Shown here: one piece after another, positions 61,742-64,000 of the stretch
How the letters are laid out: every line of letters begins with the position of its first letter
Numbering within the stretch: position 1 is the stretch's first letter
Assembly (NCBI GenBank): GCA_964649225.1
Contig: CAZYPO010000003.1
Location: 36,692 to 100,691 of the forward strand
Reading direction: 5' to 3'
From: an uncultured Gemmatimonas sp.
GTDB lineage: Bacteria > Gemmatimonadota > Gemmatimonadetes > Gemmatimonadales > GWC2-71-9
Length of the DNA stretch: 64,000 bases
Notes under the pieces: generated by a model
Database searches by the model: none
Told to the model about the DNA's origin: nothing
Seen by the model: only the letters and a program-made list of their open reading frames with translations
Position numbers and translations under genes: made by a program

Positions 61742-64000
61742 TCAGAAATGGAATCCTGACTTCACGTAGAAGCGGAGCCGCTCTCCTCCGCCGGCCAAGG
61801 TTGCCGTGACTACATGACCCGAGAAAGTGGTCCATAAACCCCCGCCGAAGGCCGTGTGCCAGCGGTCGGACTGCTCACCCTCCAGATACACTCGCCCAAG
61901 GTCCGCCAGACCGAGGATGCCCCAGCGATCGGGGCCCAGTCCAAGGTCACCCAGATTCAGGCGCAGGTCGACATTGCCGTACACAGCGGCATCGCCGGTG
62001 AAGCGGCGGGTGGTGAAGCCCCGGATGGATTGCCACCCGCCGATGTCCGCCGCCTCGAAAAACGGATAAGTCCCGAAGACCCGACGTGCTCCAACCCGGA
62101 AGGCGAGGGTCGGCTCGGTCGGGAGCACGGTCGCGGTCAGGTACGTCGTTCCCACCAGCTCGGCCGAGCCGAAGGTCGATGTCACGTCGAAGGCGGCAGG
62201 AACCAGCCGGCCGGTGAGCTCGAGCCTCACTCCCCTGGTGGGAACCTTCTCATCGTTTCGGGAATCGTAGAGCAACCCTCCGCTGATTCCGGCCTCGGTA
62301 AAGGACCCAGCGCCGTAGGGGTGGTCGACCGAGAGGAGCGTGATTCGATCGTCCGTATCCGACCAGCGCAGCAGTCCGCCCACCTTGAGGCTGGCGGGCC
62401 CGACGATCCCGAACAGGAACACCGGCTCCGCCGAATACTGACGCTGGGTCACGTTGTTAAAGCCGTCGATGTCGGACCGGACCGTCTCATTGCCCAGCCC
62501 GAAGTACCGGATCACGTCGGCGTTGAGCGCTGCCGCCCGCAGCAAGACCCGCCGGTCGGGCCGCTCGAAGCGGAAATCACCCTGCAGGTCGGCGTTGATT
62601 TCGCCGACACCGGTAGTGGTCGCAAAGCGGAGAGCAATGCGGGACCGATAGGGAACTCTGCGGAAGCCGTAACTATAGAAGACCGGGCCGGTGCCCAGCA
62701 CCACACCGATCTCCGGGCGCACCGCGAACCACGGCGCCACACCTATCCCGTGGCCCCAATCCCGGAAGAGCTCGCCCGGGCGGTTGTCGGGTACGGGAGA
62801 CTCGAAGGACCGGACGATGTGACGGACCGAGCTGGTTGCCCGCAGCTTCGCACGGCCGGAATCATCGTAGACGCGAAGCTTGCCACCGGTCGAGTCCGTC
62901 ACGAGATCGGCACCCCCACCGGTAACCACGCGAAGCGGGATTCCGTTGGGCTCCCCGCGAACCCGTACGGTATCGGTGTTCCCGAGGAGGTAGAGACGGA
63001 TTTCCCCGGTTTCGCCCGGAATGAACCGGCGCTTGAACACGGAGGTCCGATTGGCCAAGAGCTCCACAGTCACCGCACCGCCGGGTTCCCGGGTTACTTC
63101 GGCGAGCTCGGCGTCATCCGAGCCGCGGACGTCCACCGTGCGGGCGAGCTGCCGATAGTATTGCCCGCCGAGTTTTCCCAGGGCGTCGCGCCGGCGCCGC
63201 AAACTGGCCGCGACGTCGGCGAGGACGCTCTGGTTGTACCCAGCGGGCAGAGCAGCGAGAGCCTTTGCAATGGATTCGTCGGTCAAGCGAGCCTGCAGCC
63301 GGGCCACAGCGCTATCCCACGCGGCGCGGTCCAGTCCGGTCAAGAGCCTCCGGTCCAGCGGCTCCGCCTGAAGGGTAAGGCTCCGTAGCTTTCCGTACCG
63401 GGGACCAAACTCGGCCCAATTGGGTTTGGCGTACCGGATCAGGTCATTGCCAATTCCATCGAAGCGGGAGAATGCCCAGTCGCGATCGCGAGGCAAGGGC
63501 GTCCACCAGCGGAAACCGCCACGGTCGAATCCCACCCAGCTCCACTGCCCTCCGTGACGATCCCAATCCCCCATGACAAAGTCCAGCAGGCGTGCGGTGA
63601 GGTAGGTTGGCTGATCGAAGCGGTTGGCTGCGCTGGCCTGGAGGCGGGGAAAGAGCGAGTCGGACGAGATCAGCTCCGCGGCTCCGGGAATGCCCGAAAC
63701 ACTTTTCGTGTCCTCGGGGTGACGCCGCTCGAACACACCCAGCATTCCCTTGAACTGGTCGCGCCACTCCCCGAGACGCGGGGAGTCCGGCAATACGGTG
63801 ATCCAGCGCTCTGTGGCGAGCAGCCCCGCCGCACGTTCCAGCTCCCCGGCGGCCAGCGCACCAGCGGGAAACATCGCGCTGATTTGTTCGTTCGCAAACC
63901 AACGGGTGAAGGGACTGCGCATCAGCCCGGTGAAGGCCTGGTCCGGACGCTTGTCGACGGATCGGAAATTATAGATCCGGCCCTGAGGCGAGGAGAATCG
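61742..64000 (-). CDS. Large hypothetical outer-membrane protein with C-terminal beta-barrel (Omp85/surface-antigen-like); 5' end beyond window
   Basis: ORF 61742..63922. The frame remains open upstream to the window end (…FSSPQGRIYNFRSVDKRPDQAFTGL-MRSPF…). The C-terminal alternating beta-strand sequence ends ...RFYVKSGFHF. Confidence 0.75.
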   Translation of the reverse strand, partial: RFSSPQGRIYNFRSVDKRPDQAFTGLMRSPFTRWFANEQISAMFPAGALAAGELERAAGLLATERWITVLPDSPRLGEWRDQFKGMLGVFERRHPEDTKSVSGIPGAAELISSDSLFPRLQASAANRFDQPTYLTARLLDFVMGDWDRHGGQWSWVGFDRGGFRWWTPLPRDRDWAFSRFDGIGNDLIRYAKPNWAEFGPRYGKLRSLTLQAEPLDRRLLTGLDRAAWDSAVARLQARLTDESIAKALAALPAGYNQSVLADVAASLRRRRDALGKLGGQYYRQLARTVDVRGSDDAELAEVTREPGGAVTVELLANRTSVFKRRFIPGETGEIRLYLLGNTDTVRVRGEPNGIPLRVVTGGGADLVTDSTGGKLRVYDDSGRAKLRATSSVRHIVRSFESPVPDNRPGELFRDWGHGIGVAPWFAVRPEIGVVLGTGPVFYSYGFRRVPYRSRIALRFATTTGVGEINADLQGDFRFERPDRRVLLRAAALNADVIRYFGLGNETVRSDIDGFNNVTQRQYSAEPVFLFGIVGPASLKVGGLLRWSDTDDRITLLSVDHPYGAGSFTEAGISGGLLYDSRNDEKVPTRGVRLELTGRLVPAAFDVTSTFGSAELVGTTYLTATVLPTEPTLAFRVGARRVFGTYPFFEAADIGGWQSIRGFTTRRFTGDAAVYGNVDLRLNLGDLGLGPDRWGILGLADLGRVYLEGEQSDRWHTAFGGGLWTTFSGHVVTATLAGGGERLRFYVKSGFHF

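Overview
High-G+C bacterial chromosomal window centred on the replication-origin neighbourhood. mnmE-yidC-yidD-rnpA-rpmH lie on the minus strand and face dnaA-dnaN on the plus strand (dnaA starts at 26246). I call about 60 protein genes, tRNA-Phe(GAA) and RNase P RNA (rnpB, minus strand, not visible in the ORF track).

The protein genes include:
- a tetR-MFP-RND-OMF efflux operon
- a PadR plus duplicated FtsX-type 'orphan' permease pair
- upp, holA, mutS, ddl, polA, rnd, def and pyrE
- a sufBCDSU operon followed by a bacilliredoxin-like gene
- an ECF sigma/anti-sigma module with two HEAT-repeat proteins
- a patatin/beta-barrel fusion
- an XRE/ABC-2 cassette

Gene content (PadR+ADOP-like permease, GWxTD lipoprotein, pervasive 4-nt start/stop overlaps) suggests a Gemmatimonadota- or Acidobacteriota-like lineage; this is inference only. 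Many long ORFs in the supplied track are alternate-frame or antisense artefacts of high G+C, and many true genes start well inside the listed ORFs, often at GTG or TTG overlapping the upstream stop.

I see no transposase, integrase, phage, CRISPR, toxin-antitoxin or recognisable defence genes. This is core housekeeping DNA, and I do not claim a new multi-gene system.

Signals not explained by the gene models:
1. A four-copy A/T-rich palindrome family (GTAGTT..AACTAC arms). Two copies are 20/20 identical in inverted orientation, and one is written into the last codons of pyrE.
2. An unusually long, structured def-sufB spacer with a perfect 14-bp palindrome over the predicted suf transcription start.
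3. An in-frame (TCCGACCG)x3 octanucleotide repeat inside mutS.
4. A Hanks-type kinase translationally coupled to pyrE.
5. Evidence for leaderless transcripts and a forced non-canonical start for mnmE.

All coordinates and motifs were read by eye. No searches or computations were run.
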